Positions 1-13,688 of a stretch of DNA of 64,000 bases are shown one piece after another. The notes below the pieces were generated by a model that did not search any database, had not been told where the DNA came from, and saw nothing but the letters and a program-made list of their open reading frames with translations. Source of the DNA: Octopus vulgaris (lineage: Eukaryota). Location: NCBI GenBank assembly GCA_951406725.2, contig OX597823.1, positions 60,574,001-60,638,000 on the forward strand, read 5' to 3'. Position numbers and translations under genes: made by a program. Position 1 is the stretch's first letter, and each line of letters opens with the position of its first letter.

Positions 1-126
1 ATATGATTGTTTATTATTAGAATAACATTGTAGGGTAGGTGTGAGAGGTCAAATTTGGCTGGTTTTAACATAAAACAGGTAAAATATATAGGCCGGATAT
101 GGCTGGTTTAAATGCTAAAGGGTTAA
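1..126. mobile_element. Right end of a piggyBac-type (TTAA) MITE, family F
   Basis: Ends AATGCTAAAGGG|TTAA. The same body recurs at ~9457-10046 and ~30837-31000. Confidence 0.6.
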
Positions 127-134
127 TGATTCTA

Positions 135-490
135 AGGGGGCAAGATGGCAGAATCGTTACTACACCAGACAAAATGCTTAACCTTTTGTTTGTCTTTACA
201 TTCTGAGTTCAAATCTCACTGAGGTCCATTTTGCCTTCCATCCTTTCAGGGTTGATAAAATAAATGTTAATTGAACACTGAGGTCGATGTAACCGACTTA
301 CCCACTCTCCTAAAATTATCGTCCTTGTACCAAAATTTGACACCAATATTTAATGACTCTGAAAAGATGAAAGACAGAGACCGACCTCTGTTGGATTTGA
401 ACTCGGAACATTGAGAGCCAAGTCAAATACTGCAGATTGATGTGCATTCTTCTACCTGATACTCTAATGATTCTGCCAAGATGTCATCTT
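135..490. mobile_element. Two SINE family B copies, tail-to-tail (+ then -)
   Basis: tRNA-like head (TGGCAGAATCGTTA...GAGTTCAAAT) plus a central GCCTTYCATCCTTTCRGGGTYGATAAAATAAG domain. An inverted copy follows. Confidence 0.75.
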
Positions 491-1189
491 ACATCTGTTG
501 TTAGACCTTGAAATTGAATATTCACTGGAATATGAAGAAAACATTGCACGTGCAAGGTGAGAACAACTTTAACTAACCATGGATTTGCAGCTTGTTGTTT
601 TGTCAGTAGAATTATATTCAAAAGAATTGTCATCATCAAAGTGAACTACCACATAGCACAACTCAAAAATTTGACCATTTTGTTATAAGATCAGGGTGCA
701 CATCAAAGATAATTCCTAAATTCTGAAATGGTTTTTATTTATTTATTCATAAATGTAAAATTAGCAACTGAAGAAATGTGAAAGCAGAAATAAAGAATAG
801 AGAAGTGGAGTTTTTTTGTTTGTTTTGTGGGTTTTTTTTTATCTTTTTGAATATATTTGAAGGAATTTGAATCAAATGGCGCAAACAAAACAAAGGGAAA
901 TTGACTTGAAGTGTTTGTTAATCAAATTATAAAATAGCTACAGTTTTACATGCCAATGCTCCATTATAGTAAAAATGTATATATAAATTGCCATTAAGGC
1001 AAATGAAATCTAGGTCCCCCTCTAAAAAAAAAAAAGGAAGTTAAAAATAAATAGATATACAAGTTGACCTATAAAACTGACCTAAAAAAACAGCAACACT
1101 GCACTCAGAGAAAAAAAAAGAAAGCAGTTTGATAAAGCTAAGAGATAATAAAGTTATTGTTGGGGGTATATTGTGTATGTAGTGTAACA

Positions 1190-1221
<32 letters not shown>

Positions 1222-2433
1222 TACTAAAGATATGCTGTAATCTGGGTGGAGTAGTGTGTGTGCTTTATAACTGTGTGAGAACGTTGGTATGACATTCCCA
1301 GTAAGGTGACAAAAAAAGAAACCTAAGAACATCTTTGCTGCATGAATGAAGATAATTAATGATGGATTTATAGTTTTGTATGAGACTTGGACGAGATACT
1401 GGATTACTAACTCTGTGACTCATATGTTCAAAACTGCTATTGGGGATTTGTTGTACCTTTAGATAAAACACTTCATTTGGGGCAAAACACTTCATTTAAC
1501 ATTACTACAGTTCACCTGGGTCCTTACAAATAACATATTTTGAGTTAAGAACCGTGATTAGGTCCTAATTTAATAAGGAAGAAATGGCAGGTGTCCTGTA
1601 GTGTAAGCTGGCAATGCTGTTCCCTGGCAGGTGGTAGATACATGGTTTAAATCTTATCAGCGGAATAGTTGCTCATTTCTATCTGTTTATTATATTTAAC
1701 ACAAGTACAATGTTACCAAGAAGTACTATTTGCAGTAGATTGTTATCTTATCCCAGTGAAATTATTTCTCTTATCTGCTTCATACATCGAAACTGGTTGT
1801 TCCTTGTTATCAAAATTATAGAGGCTGAACCTGTAGTTTTTCAAGTGTTTTGCTGCCCAGAAAAGGTAATTTTAATGATGAAGATTTTTATGGTAAAATA
1901 TATACTGACAATAAACACAAAACTATTGTACTCGCCTCTTTCTTCTGTGTATGTATTTTTCATTTTATACTTAAAATGGCATTACCAGTTATTGGGAGTT
2001 TAATAGAGATATTTCTTAAAGTATAATGTATATCTTCACGAGAATCAATAAAATGAGAATCAACACCAAGTTGTGCCTAGTTATTTTTCAAAGGAAAAAG
2101 AGGAAAGGAAAAAGAGAAATGTAGGTGCACAAATAAAGAAAAGACAACAGCCAGACTTGCAAATTAACTTAATGCCTGGAAGATGCAGATGGAATTGAAG
2201 GAGTCTATACATACATACACATAGACATAAATAGAAATCTGCTGAATGAATTGATAGATCCACATATAACATCCCAAGGTACATCTTTTTTCCTCTGATG
2301 AAATTTAGCTTATTTCACATAAAAGCAAATTTAATGTATAAATTTGTAATCGAATTATTGAGTAGTAATTGAAACAGCTGTAAGAAGCAGAGATGACCAA
2401 TTTGTTATGAATAAATAATTGTTAAATTCCTTA

Positions 2434-2836
2434 TACTCTTTTACTTGTTTCAGTCATTTGACTGCGGCCATGCTGGAGCACCGCCTTTAATCGAGCAACT
2501 CGACCCCAGGACTTATTCTTTTTGTAAGCCCAGTACTTATTCTATCGGTCTCTTTTGCCGAACCGCTAAGTAACAGGGACATAAACACACCAGCATCGGT
2601 TGTCAAGCAATGCTAGGGGGACAAACACAGACACACAAACAAACACACATACATATATATATATACATATATACGACAGGCTTCTTTCAGTTTCCGTCTA
2701 CCAAATCCACTCACAAGGTATTGGTCGGCCCGGGGCTATAGCAGAAGACACTTGCCCAAGATGCCACGCAGTGGGACTGAACCCGGAACCATGTGGCTGG
2801 TTAGCAAGCTACTTACCACACAGCCACTCCTGCGCC
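2434..2836 (-). mobile_element. Full-length young SINE, family A (tRNA-derived, internal microsatellite)
   Basis: Minus strand reads GGCGCAGGAGTGGCTGTGTGGTAAG (A box) ... GGTTCAGTCCC (B box) ... CTTGGGCAAGTGTCTT ... internal (TA/TG)n ... GACTGAAACAAGTAAAAGAGTA tail. More than 15 related copies occur in the window. Confidence 0.9.
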
Positions 2837-3103
2837 TATCTCTATTTTCTTTTCTTCTTTTAAATATGTATATATACATATATACATACATATATATATA
2901 TATATATCATACATGCAAACATGCAATAATTTACACACATACATTAAGATATGCTCATTCATATGTAATATTTATGTTTGAATGTGCCTTTGAGAGAGAA
3001 CAGAAATAGACAGACTGAAAGATACAGTGAGAAAGTGCTTGTGTGTATGAGTGAACATAACTTCATGAATACACATATATATCTATATGTTTGTACAGAC
3101 ACC

Positions 3104-3149
<46 letters not shown>

Positions 3150-3151
3150 TG

Positions 3152-3218
<67 letters not shown>

Positions 3219-3436
3219 CACGCATACATTCAAGCAAATATTCTAACTATGAAAATAACATGTATGAGTCAATATATAAACACATACAACAAACATGTTA
3301 CACATGATGTTTATGAGTACACAATACCATTGATGAAGGAATGTAAATGTGTATATCCAAATTTTACATACATACATGCATACATACACAAATCATCAAA
3401 AATACATGCCAAGAGAGAGAAAGAAAGAAAGAAAGA

Positions 3437-3963
<527 letters not shown>

Positions 3964-4202
3964 GATACTTATATATATATATATACATACAAACATACAT
4001 ACACACATGCATGCATGCATACATACATAGAAAGAGGAGTGGGGAGAGAGAGGGAGGAGAGTGACAGGCAGACACATGTATGTTTACCTTTGTTGAGAGA
4101 TTGGGAACAGTGGCAGTGTATAATTCATAGGATTAAAGCAAGGAAGAAAGAAACAAACAAACAAACAATGGAAGGAAGGAAAGAAAGAAGGAAGGAAAGA
4201 AG

Positions 4203-4924
4203 GAAGACTGAAGGAAGAAAGAAAAAAGGAAGGAAATATCAGGAGTTGATATTGTTCAGCACAATATGGAAAATATAGTAATGTTGTTTGTAATTTGGTG
4301 GAACAGGTTTCAAATATTGATATGGCACTTGAATATTGGCAGTTGGCAGAATATCAAGAGTGACAAGCTAAAGAAATATTTATAAAATCATAAAAATATA
4401 AATCTTGAGGTAGGAAATCTTGTTACTGAAAGAATTAAGCTGTAACATTAAAAATATATATAAAAATACAAAAAAATCACCACTAACAATAACAAACACA
4501 AAATACATTATATGAATGTGAAAAAAACGATACAAAAAAAAACACCAGAAATACTCAAGAATAAATATACACAAAAAGAAAGAAAAAATCTCACGGAAAA
4601 AATATAGGTAAATGGAAAAATTCTGGACATACAAATAAATCTTGACAAAGTTGCTCTTGAGAAGAAAACTATGAAAACACATTAAAAAGCAAAATAAGAG
4701 AAATATATATGTACTTAATGATGATGATGATGATGATGATGATGATGCGGTGATGATAATAATAACAATAATAATAATAATAATGATAATGATAATAACA
4801 ACAACAAATAAAAATGTCAAAGATATTAAATGATTTGATTGAGAAAGGAAGAAGACTGAAGGAAGAAAGAAAAAGGAAGGAAATATCAGGAGTTGATATT
4901 GTTCAGCACAATATGGAAAATATA
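4203..4924 (+). repeat. Dispersed ~75 bp direct duplication (4203-4277 and 4851-4924)
   Basis: GAAGACTGAAGGAAG...CAGGAGTTGATATTGTTCAGCACAATATGGAAAATATA occurs twice, differing only in one A-run. Confidence 0.9.
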
Positions 4925-5204
4925 TATTTTTTTATGTCTATATTTGTTTGCTAACCAAATAAACACAACAAAATAGCTGAACACACAATTATTTTTCCTG
5001 AGTTTTCCACAGAAGCTGTAGGTATGTCTTTTATTTTCAAAACAATTACTGAAAAAAAAAAAAAAATCATTCAAGATTGTTAACAAAAAAAAAATTAAAT
5101 AGATAAAATAAATAACAATATTAATAATAATATACTATTTTGTTTTGGGCAGATTTTTGCCAACAGACAAGAATTCTTTCTTGGGAAGATGCATCATACT
5201 GTTA

Positions 5205-6836
5205 TTAGGCTGGAAAGAAAGTTCTGTTGCAGTTTTGACATGATCACTGTGAAGGTACTTTTTCGATACTTATGGTAAAATAAGCATTAATTTTTACATT
5301 CTGATGTTATTGTCTTTCTTTGCATTTTACTTTATTTTTAAGATTTTTCTCTTTTAGAATAAGTTTAGATCAAACCTATATCAGACACTACGTGTTGTAT
5401 GAATTCAAAAAGGCTATTCAGTAAGAAATATTCATTGTTTATGGAAATGAAGCTTTAATTGTCTGAAAATGTTAACATTGGTTTGACCAGTCTCCAAGTG
5501 AAACTGGTTAAACCTTTTCTCTAACCAATTCCCCTCAATTTTGACAACAAAGTTCTGTCAATATTGACCTTCTGAAAACTGTAGATGAGGAAAATCCAAA
5601 ACAAACTATTTGAGAATTAGGCGTAGGAGTGGCCATGTGGTGAGTAGCTTGCTTACCAGCCACATGGTTCCGGGTTCAGTCCCACTGTGTGGCACCTTGG
5701 ACAAATGTCTTCTACTATAGCCTCGGGCTGACCAAAGCCTTGTGAGTGGATTTGGTAAACGGAAACTGAGAGAAGCCCGTCATATATATGTATATATATA
5801 TATGTATGCGTGTATATGTTTGTGTATCTGTGTTTGTCCCCCCAACATCGCTTGATAACTGATGCTGGTGTGTTTACGTCCCCGTAATTTAGCTGTTCGG
5901 CGCAACCGATAGAATAAGTACTAGGCTTACAAAGAATAAGTCCTGGTGTCGATTTGCTCGACTAAAAGTGGTGCTCCAGCATGGCCACAGTCAAATGACT
6001 GAAACAAGTAAAAGAGTAAAACAGTAAAACAGTTTAATTAAAGCCACACTTCAATCATAAAACACCTTCATGAACTAGGGAAAGTGTCCAAATTTGGTCA
6101 GTAGGTTCCTTATTGTCTGGCTATTTCTCAGCCATCTGGTTGTCATTGAAGAGTAAACTTTCTATTGAGCCTTTGCTGGATAGAATCGTAACAAGTGATG
6201 AAAAGTTGGTTCACTAAAATCACATCGAATTTACATCGTCAACGGTTAGCATCGAATGGAAAAGAAAAATCTGTCACTAATCCAGGACTACACCCAAAAA
6301 ACATTATCCTCTGTGATCGGTGGGATATGAAGAGTGTCATTTACCATGAAGTGTTTAACCAAAATGAAACGTTTAAGCAGAGAAGTGTTGTGATCAATTA
6401 AAAACATTGCACAAAAATTTGTAGAAAAGCCAAACATCACTGGTCAATGATAAAAGACTCTTACTTTTACATGATAATGCAAGATCATATATTGCCCAAG
6501 TCACTCAGGAAAAGATTAGCACACTAAATATGGAAGATTTGCCTCATTACTCTCTTGACCTTGCTCCATATGACTATTATCTTTGTAGATCAATGCAACG
6601 TTATTTAGAAGGAAAACAGTTTAATTGTTGAGAGGTTCAAAATGATATTGAGTGTTTCTTTGCTTCAAGACCTGAAGAACTTTATGCTTGAGGGATCAAA
6701 TATTTTCCAAATAGATGGGATTATGGTATTAATACTGAGGGGGATTATGATCTTGATTACATTTATCATTTAAGTGGAGAAAAAGCATTTGCTTCTTTTT
6801 CATCTTGAAATGCAACAGGACTTTCTAATACATTAT
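5205..6836 (+). mobile_element. Degenerate mariner transposon interrupted by a SINE
   Basis: Relic motifs LDRIVTSDEK, LLHDNAR and YSLDLAPYDYYL (the YSPDLAPSD motif). Diverged TIRs GAAAGTTCTGTTGCA / TGCAACAGGACTTTC. About 1.2 kb after removing the SINE. Confidence 0.85.
5620..6033 (+). mobile_element. SINE family A nested in the mariner
   Basis: Full head-to-tail match to 2434-2836, with CpG decay. Confidence 0.9.
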
Positions 6837-6990
6837 GTGGTATGCCTCTACAAATATACATACATACACACACATATAAATATATATTCATACACACACA
6901 CACATATCATCATAACCTATATATATATAGGACTTAATGCTTGCTTTTTCCATGGGTATGAGTAAGTATTTCATTTATGTCTGATGTATT

Positions 6991-7049
6991 TATCGCTGAA
7001 GAGGGGAAAATTCTTATGAATTAACCCCAAAATTGGGACCAATACGGTA
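6991..7049 (+). ncRNA. Type-I hammerhead ribozyme fold (core G12 mutated to A)
   Basis: Stem I TATCG/CGGTA; core CTGAAGA; stem II GGGG/CCCC; AAAA in place of GAAA; stem III ATTGG-GA-CCAAT; AUA cleavage triplet. Confidence 0.75.
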
Positions 7050-7214
7050 ATAACGGATTTTTTAGAAATTTCTTTCGGCTTGTTTCGAGACGCATAAATT
7101 ATAATGGTTATTGACAATTTTGTCTTTTTTTCGGCATATTTGGCATTAGAATTTTTCTTTTTCCCTTATTTTATAAGTTATATATATATATATATATATA
7201 ATTTAATATTATTT

Positions 7215-8090
7215 CAACTGCATACACTAAATATCTTCTACAAACTGGCAATGTTTTCATCCTTCATCATCTCCATTCTGAAATCATTTTTCACCACTTC
7301 TTCCACAAGTTCATTGCATTTGAGTTAGTTATCACTCCTCAGTTGTCATTCTCTTTATACTCACATGGTTGCATCAGCTGTCTCCTCTCTTACACACTTC
7401 ATATACTACCAGGTTTGTTTTTTTTGCTCTTTTCTCAGCTGTTCTGTATTGTCATTCATGTACATTAACATCACAAATCCAGTGCATAACGCATAATTCA
7501 TTTCTTTCCAGTGTTCACACATCCTCTGCATTCAATTTCCATTATTTGTTGCCATGTACCATTGTACTTTATACACAAGCATCATACAATAAGCAACACC
7601 TATCACTTTGACAGAGAAAGCCTTTGTTGCCAGCAAAAGTAATTATCCTCCTGAGCTTTTCTACAATATTTTTTTGACTAAGACTACCACTGCTAATTAG
7701 ATCTTTCAGGTAACAGAAGTCGTCAACTACTTCGGGAGTGGCCTGCAAGTATATGAAAGAATTTACTCCTCAGGTACTCTTACACTGTTAAATAACTGCT
7801 ACATACAACATTCTTCTTTGCTGTCAACCCGCCTGTGATCGCATTACACTCAAACATTAAGCGGTATACACAATATAGATTTCCTAACAACTCCTAGTTT
7901 GCATATCAAGCATGGCCAATTCCTAGATTCCTGTTTTCTTACCTATTCAATGAAACATTTTCTCTTTGCAGGTTTATTTTAAGACTTCTCAGTTTTAAGC
8001 ATTGTTACCACATTTAGAATTTATTTGCTAGTTCTTTGACAGATTCAGCTTTGAGAATCAGACAATTGGGATATAGAAATTTCCATAGAT
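7215..8090 (-). pseudogene. Degenerate 3' part of an RTE-clade LINE (RT C-terminal region)
   Basis: Minus-strand relic peptides LILKAESVKELANKF (post-YADD region), a WPC.IC Cys-rich stretch, LLATKAFSV, LYDACV, EDV..LERNE and EEVV. Many stops and frameshifts. Confidence 0.7.
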
Positions 8091-8094
8091 AGCC

Positions 8095-8322
8095 ATTATG
8101 GAGGTACATCTTAGTGATTAGAGAGTTGTATTCTTGATTGTAAGATTATGGTTTCGATTCCTGGACCAGGTGACACCTTGTGTTCTTGGGCAAAACACTT
8201 CATTTCATATTGCTCCAGTTCACTCAGCTGGCAAAAAATGAGTAATCCTGCAATGGACCAGCATCCTGTTCAGGTGAGGAAATATATGTGACATGGAAGC
8301 TGGGAAACTGGCCCTATGAGTC
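8095..8322 (+). mobile_element. SINE family D (tRNA head + CORE-like domain)
   Basis: GGTTTCGATTCC B box followed by TTGGGCAAAACACTTCATTTCATATTGCTCCAGTTCACTCAGCTG. Confidence 0.7.
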
Positions 8323-8559
8323 TGTAAAAAGTCACTAATGTAAAAGGTCACCAATTTAAATGAGTGTGTCCATTTGTTGTTTCTGCTAATTTAGTGTGAG
8401 TGCATTTATAGTATCACTGATTTAGTGTCCAGCACTTTAGTTGATGTGATGTCAAAATTCTTGTGTGAAAGTTGGTGAAAGGAAAAATATCAAAATGCAA
8501 TTTTTACAATGAAAATATTTGTAATTAATGACAGCTGACATGTAGTAAAATGTGTAGCC

Positions 8560-8600
<41 letters not shown>

Positions 8601-8845
8601 AAGTCAGGGAATAGCTTTTATCACTTACAGTTGAAATATGATTTCAGTGATTAGTCATGAGCCAATAGAATTCAGAGTTAGCTGTACAAAGTTGATGTGA
8701 AGAACAAAAAGTTATTCCACGTTGAAAGAGAACTGTGATATAATTCAGGGCTAGCAGATGCAAAGTTGGTGTGCAAACAAAGTGGCTGTTCCATGTCAAA
8801 AGAAAGCTGGTACTCTTCTGCCAGCTATCCCACTTCTCTGCTTGA

Positions 8846-8970
8846 GCAGAGAACTGCCTCTGGTATTCATACTTGCCCAGCTCTGATTGGCTGGAGTATG
8901 TCATATCATAGCAGAGAACTGCCTCTGGTATTCATACAAGCCCAGCCCTGATTGGCTGGAGTATGTCATA
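8846..8970 (+). repeat. Tandem duplication of a ~64 bp unit containing an ATTGG (CCAAT) box
   Basis: AGCAGAGAACTGCCTCTGGTATTCATAC..GCCCAGCYCTGATTGGCTGGAGTATGTCATA x2. Confidence 0.9.
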
Positions 8971-9456
8971 GCACAACTGTGCTATGCTGTGACAGCAAAA
9001 ATAATAGCTTTCTTGACTCACCACAAGTTTATATGACTTGGAAAGGAAAAACAAAATAGCTAGCCATTCTTAAACACTTCTTTTATAGCCTGGAGAACTA
9101 TAATAAATATGAGGTGACTAAAAACTAAACCCTGATAGACACCTACCTACATACTAAAATCTTCATTTAACTCTTTTTGAAATTCTACCCTGCTGATAAC
9201 ATCTGAGTGTGTAACTTATATGTTTCTCACAAATCATTCATCTACACCTAGTTTTCTTAATCTTTTTACTGTGCAATTAAATTTCATGGTAATTCCAGTA
9301 ATGATATTAAACATCTTCCAAAACAATTAGAATTGGTTTTCTCATTAAGCTTGTCATATTTCAACAGAAAATAGTTTCAAATATGACATTCCTCAACAAA
9401 AGATAGCTTGGTATATAAAGCTGAAATTTGGAGTGAATATTTCTGCTTTCTGCAGT

Positions 9457-10046
9457 AAACACTTTAGCATTCAGACTATTCTATCAAATGTAACATTTAT
9501 TACCTCTGCCTTAGCGAAGGTGGATGTATTGTTTTCAGTTGTATTTGTTTGTTTGTCCATGAACAAAATATCTCAAGAACCGCTGGATGGATTCGAATGA
9601 AACTTTCAGGGATGTTTGGCCACATGAGTAGTACAAACTGATTAGATTTTGGGATTGATCTGGTACTGGACAAGGATTCTGGATTATTTTTCCGGTTCTT
9701 TTGCTTAATTTCTGAGAGCTGTTGGATTCATTTTTAGTATTCTTGTTTGTGAGAGCAGTCGAGTTTATGTCAGATATTCTCATTTTAAAAATCATCTCCA
9801 ACTAATCATTAAGAGGATGTTGGTTTTTTCTTGGCAGAGGTTTGTGCTCTCTGAGTGCTCTTGTTCACATCCTTTTGAATTTATCTTGAATTCTCTTGTA
9901 GCATTGAGATTTTGATTATGCGACTGTACTCTTTTTTTGGACTAACATTGTAGGGTAGGTGTGATAGGCTTGATCTGGCCAGATTGAACATAAAACAGGA
10001 AGAATATTTTGGCCAGATATGACCAGTTTAAAGGCTAAAAGATTAA
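9457..10046. mobile_element. piggyBac-type MITE family F, split by a Helentron-like insertion
   Basis: CACTTTAGCATT ... GGCTAAAAGA|TTAA. The right part matches 1-126. Confidence 0.6.
9499..9864 (+). mobile_element. Non-autonomous Helentron-like (HINE/DINE-1-type) element
   Basis: Subterminal IR ACCTCTGCC ... GGCAGAGGT, a short GTTT microsatellite after the 5' subTIR, a 3' hairpin GTGCTCTCTGAGTGC, and insertion in a T-rich site with no TSD. Confidence 0.7.
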
Positions 10047-10111
10047 AGGGATAATGACCACCAGATTGCAGTGTGATGTTTGTCAAAGTGTTTGAGTAAA
10101 TTAATCACAGC

Positions 10112-10469
10112 AAATTCATTGTGGGTAACTGACGGGTAAAAGGGTAAATATGCCTTTAGGTCATGAATGACCATGGGATTTCACTAAGAAAGTTCTCCTC
10201 CAAGGCACAAGACCAGGCAAGGTTGTTTATGGAAGACCAGCAGTCACCCATGCATACCAGTCTCCACTGATCTTATCCAAGGGAAAGGCAAAGGCTGATG
10301 CAGCTTGGCATCAGTGACATCACAACTCATTTTTACAGCTGAGTGAACTGGAGCAATGTGAAATAAAGTGTTTTGCTCAAGAATACAACACAACCCAGTT
10401 TCGGAATTGAACTCAGTACCTCATGATTGTAAGCCCAATGCTCTAACCACTGAGCCATGTGCCTTCACT
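10112..10469 (-). mobile_element. SINE family D, full length
   Basis: Minus-strand head GTGAAGGCACATGGCTCAGTGGTTAGAGC...GAGTTCAATTCC, CORE-like domain and (TTTACCC) tail. Flanked by GTGGGTAACT / GTAGGGTAACT (possible TSD). Confidence 0.85.
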
Positions 10470-11749
10470 TGTAGGGTAACTACATCACAGTAAATGCATC
10501 GTTGCAAAGCAAATCACATTGTGAGCCAATACACACTGTCAGTAAATTCATCATCAGGACAAATGCATTATCAGTAAATTTCCTTGACATGCTTTTTATC
10601 TGCATCTCATTCCATTAACAAAGAGAAAGATATTCAAAGACAAAACATATAAAAATTCCTTAATATCAAATTTACTTAATATACATGCAAAACAAATCAA
10701 ATTTCATTTTAAAAATAGAATCGTATAAAAAAAAATGCAGTGAGAAGATAACACTGTTTTAAATTGGAAAAAAAATAGACATTTTAAAAATAAACAAATT
10801 GTGATCATCGTGATCAACACCACTACCACCACCACCATCACCACCATCTACATCATCATCATCATCATTGTTTAGAGCAATTCATCTTAAATAATCTAGC
10901 GTTACTTGATTTATAAAACTTCATTGACAAGGCATTGAAATAAATCCCTGCTGGATTTTCTTGTATATTTCTTTTTCTAATATATGAATATTTCTGCAGT
11001 GCCAATATAGTATTTGGTTATTCCTTCATTTTCTGATTGTTCTTCTTTCAAAATTTCTGAAAAATTTCTAAATTTTAAGATTTTTTCTTCTTTTTGTTGA
11101 TGATAAAATGTGATATATTTACTGTAAAAAGAATAATATATAATGTTTAGCAATGTATCCTGATAATTAAAAAACCTGATTTTGGCTACTATTTCTTGCA
11201 TGCCCGGCTACCACGTAACAAGTATTTTGGGTCCTTTATCATGAATAGCTGTTATGTGGTGAGCAATTTATTGACAATGTATTTATTTGAAATCACAACG
11301 AATTTACCTGTATATTATTGATTCTTGACAGCAAACACTCCGTAGGAAGCCTACCCGGCTCAATGAATGCTACAAATAGTGGATTGGGCTTTGCACAGAG
11401 CTTACCCAATCAGTTATTCTGTCATAGCACAAACCTGAACTGCATATATGTGTGTATGAGCTCATATATGTGTGTTTGTGAAAGCATATATAGTCAAGGC
11501 TGTGTATTTGTATGTGTGCATTTGAGCAAATGCATGCATTTATATTTACACAAACTTGCACATACACCCAGAACTTTAATTATGTGTGTATGTGTGCATA
11601 TACATGTGTAAACAAAGATCCCTGTAGATAGATAGACAGATAGATGAAAGACAGACATACAGACAAACAGACAGATAGATGGACAGACAGAGATACATGC
11701 GCATATATATCCATATACATTAATGTGTGAGTATAGATATATAACAAAG

Positions 11750-12040
11750 GATCTCCTTCAGTCATGAATGACCATGGGTAGGCACCTAGAAAGTTCTCCT
11801 CTGAGGCACAAGTCCGGACAAGTTTGTTTATGGAAGACCAGCAGTCACACATGCATACCAGCCTTCTCTCCTCATGCCACTGATGTTGTCCAAAGGAAAA
11901 GCAAACACTGATTCAGTGATGTCGCAACTCATTTCTTCAGCTGAGTAAACTAGAGCAACATGAAATAAAGTGTCTTGCTCAAGAACACAATCCAGCAATC
12001 AAACACACTACCTCATGACTGGCCCAATGTTCTAACCATG
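11750..12040 (-). mobile_element. SINE family D copy
   Basis: Colinear with 10150-10460. Confidence 0.85.
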
Positions 12041-12050
12041 CATGTGTGTG

Positions 12051-12106
<56 letters not shown>

Positions 12107-12221
12107 TATAGATTGATAGATAGATAGATAGATATACAGATGCACAAACACACACAAACACAAACAGATGCATTAAAATGTATGTATGTGTGTATCCATT
12201 TCTTGATATATTTAAGAGATA

Positions 12222-12435
12222 AGGCAATGAGCTGACAGAATCATTTGCAAACCAGGCAAATGCTTAGCGCTATTTCGTCTGTCATTACATTCTGAGTTCA
12301 AATTCCACCAAGGTTGATTTTGCCTTTCACCCTTTCGGGGGCGATAAATTAAGTACCAGTTGAGTACTGGGGTCAATCTAGACAACTGGCCCTTCCCCAA
12401 AAATTTTGGGCCTTGTGCTTAGAGTAGAAAAGGAT
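12222..12435 (+). mobile_element. SINE family B
   Basis: AAGGCAATGAGCTGACAGAATC...GAGTTCAAATTCC...TTTCGGGGGCGATAAATTAAGTACCAG. Confidence 0.85.
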
Positions 12436-12450
12436 ATATTTTAGAGATGA

Positions 12451-12452
<2 letters not shown>

Positions 12453-12503
<51 letters not shown>

Positions 12504-12850
12504 TGTGTGCGTGTGAGTGTGTGTGTGTGCATATGTCTTTCTGTGTATGCATGTGTGTGTCTGTGTGCATGTGCATATGTGTCTTTGTTTTGTGTGTATG
12601 CATGTCTGCATGTATGTGTAAGTGTGTGTGTGTGTGTGCATATGTGCTTTTTGTTTATGCATGTGTGTGTGCATATGTCTTTGTGTGTATGCATGTGTGT
12701 GTCTGTGTGCTTGTGTATATGTGTCTTTGTTTCATGTGTATGCATGTATGCATATGTGTGTGTATGTGTGTGTGCATACATACCTTTTTGTGTATGTGTG
12801 TGTGTATGCACATGTGTGTTTGAGTGTGTTTTGAGTGTATTCAGGTGTGT
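12453..12850. repeat. Degenerate (TG)n-derived array
   Basis: Pure TG start decaying into GTGCATATGTG variants. Confidence 0.95.
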
Positions 12851-13460
12851 ATTATTCAAGTCTATTGATATGCACATATGAAAATATCACATAATATATA
12901 TCAAATTATAGCATTATGCAATTATCTTTCCAAGTGCTGCTCATGAAAGCAGACAAGTCCATCTCCTATAGTTTTTATTTCACACTAAATTGCTCTCATA
13001 TGATGGATAATGCAGAGAAACCATCATGGCATGCACTCTGATTTGAATAGCATTTGGTCGTGCAGTGAATTCTTCCGACTGACTTGTTATGTTAACTCTT
13101 TTGAAATTCACCTTTCCTTTGCAATAGAAGGGTCAACAGCTCTGTCCATATAACATGACCTTTCAGCTGAAGCAGTTCTCTACATTTTTCCAATAACTGC
13201 ATATCATCATAGCTTATTCTTACGGTAAACATTCAACACCGCTTAGGATTGACTCTATCATCATTTCTCATTTGTATTTTATGTTCTTTTGTTATCTGTT
13301 TCATTTATAAGGCTGTGGCCATGCTGGGGCATCACCTTGAAGAAATTTTAGTTGAATGAAGAGACCCCAGTGCGTCTTTCCTTTTTCTTTTAAGCCAGGT
13401 ACTTATTCTATCAGTCCCGTTTTGATGAACCATTATGTTACAGGAACATGAATAAAATAA

Positions 13461-13535
<75 letters not shown>

Positions 13536-13589
13536 ATATATATATACATATATATATATATACATACATATATATATACATATATATAT

Positions 13590-13644
<55 letters not shown>

Positions 13645-13688
13645 AACATATATATATATAAACATATATATATATATAAACATATATA

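Noticed and set aside
2760-2836. tRNA-like A/B boxes at SINE heads
   Set aside because: No complete cloverleaf or acceptor stem, and they are always fused to SINE bodies.
2600-2863. Recurrent ORFs such as SVSVYQIHSQG...VGLNPEPCGW and RPRKDERQSRPRRNLNSE
   Set aside because: These are antisense read-through of SINE families A and B; recurrence reflects repeat copy number.
13112-13218. Minus-strand frame ISYDDMQLLEKCRELLQLKGHVIWTELLTLLLQRK with a GT donor
   Set aside because: Weak acceptor, no recognised homology and no partner exons; insufficient support.
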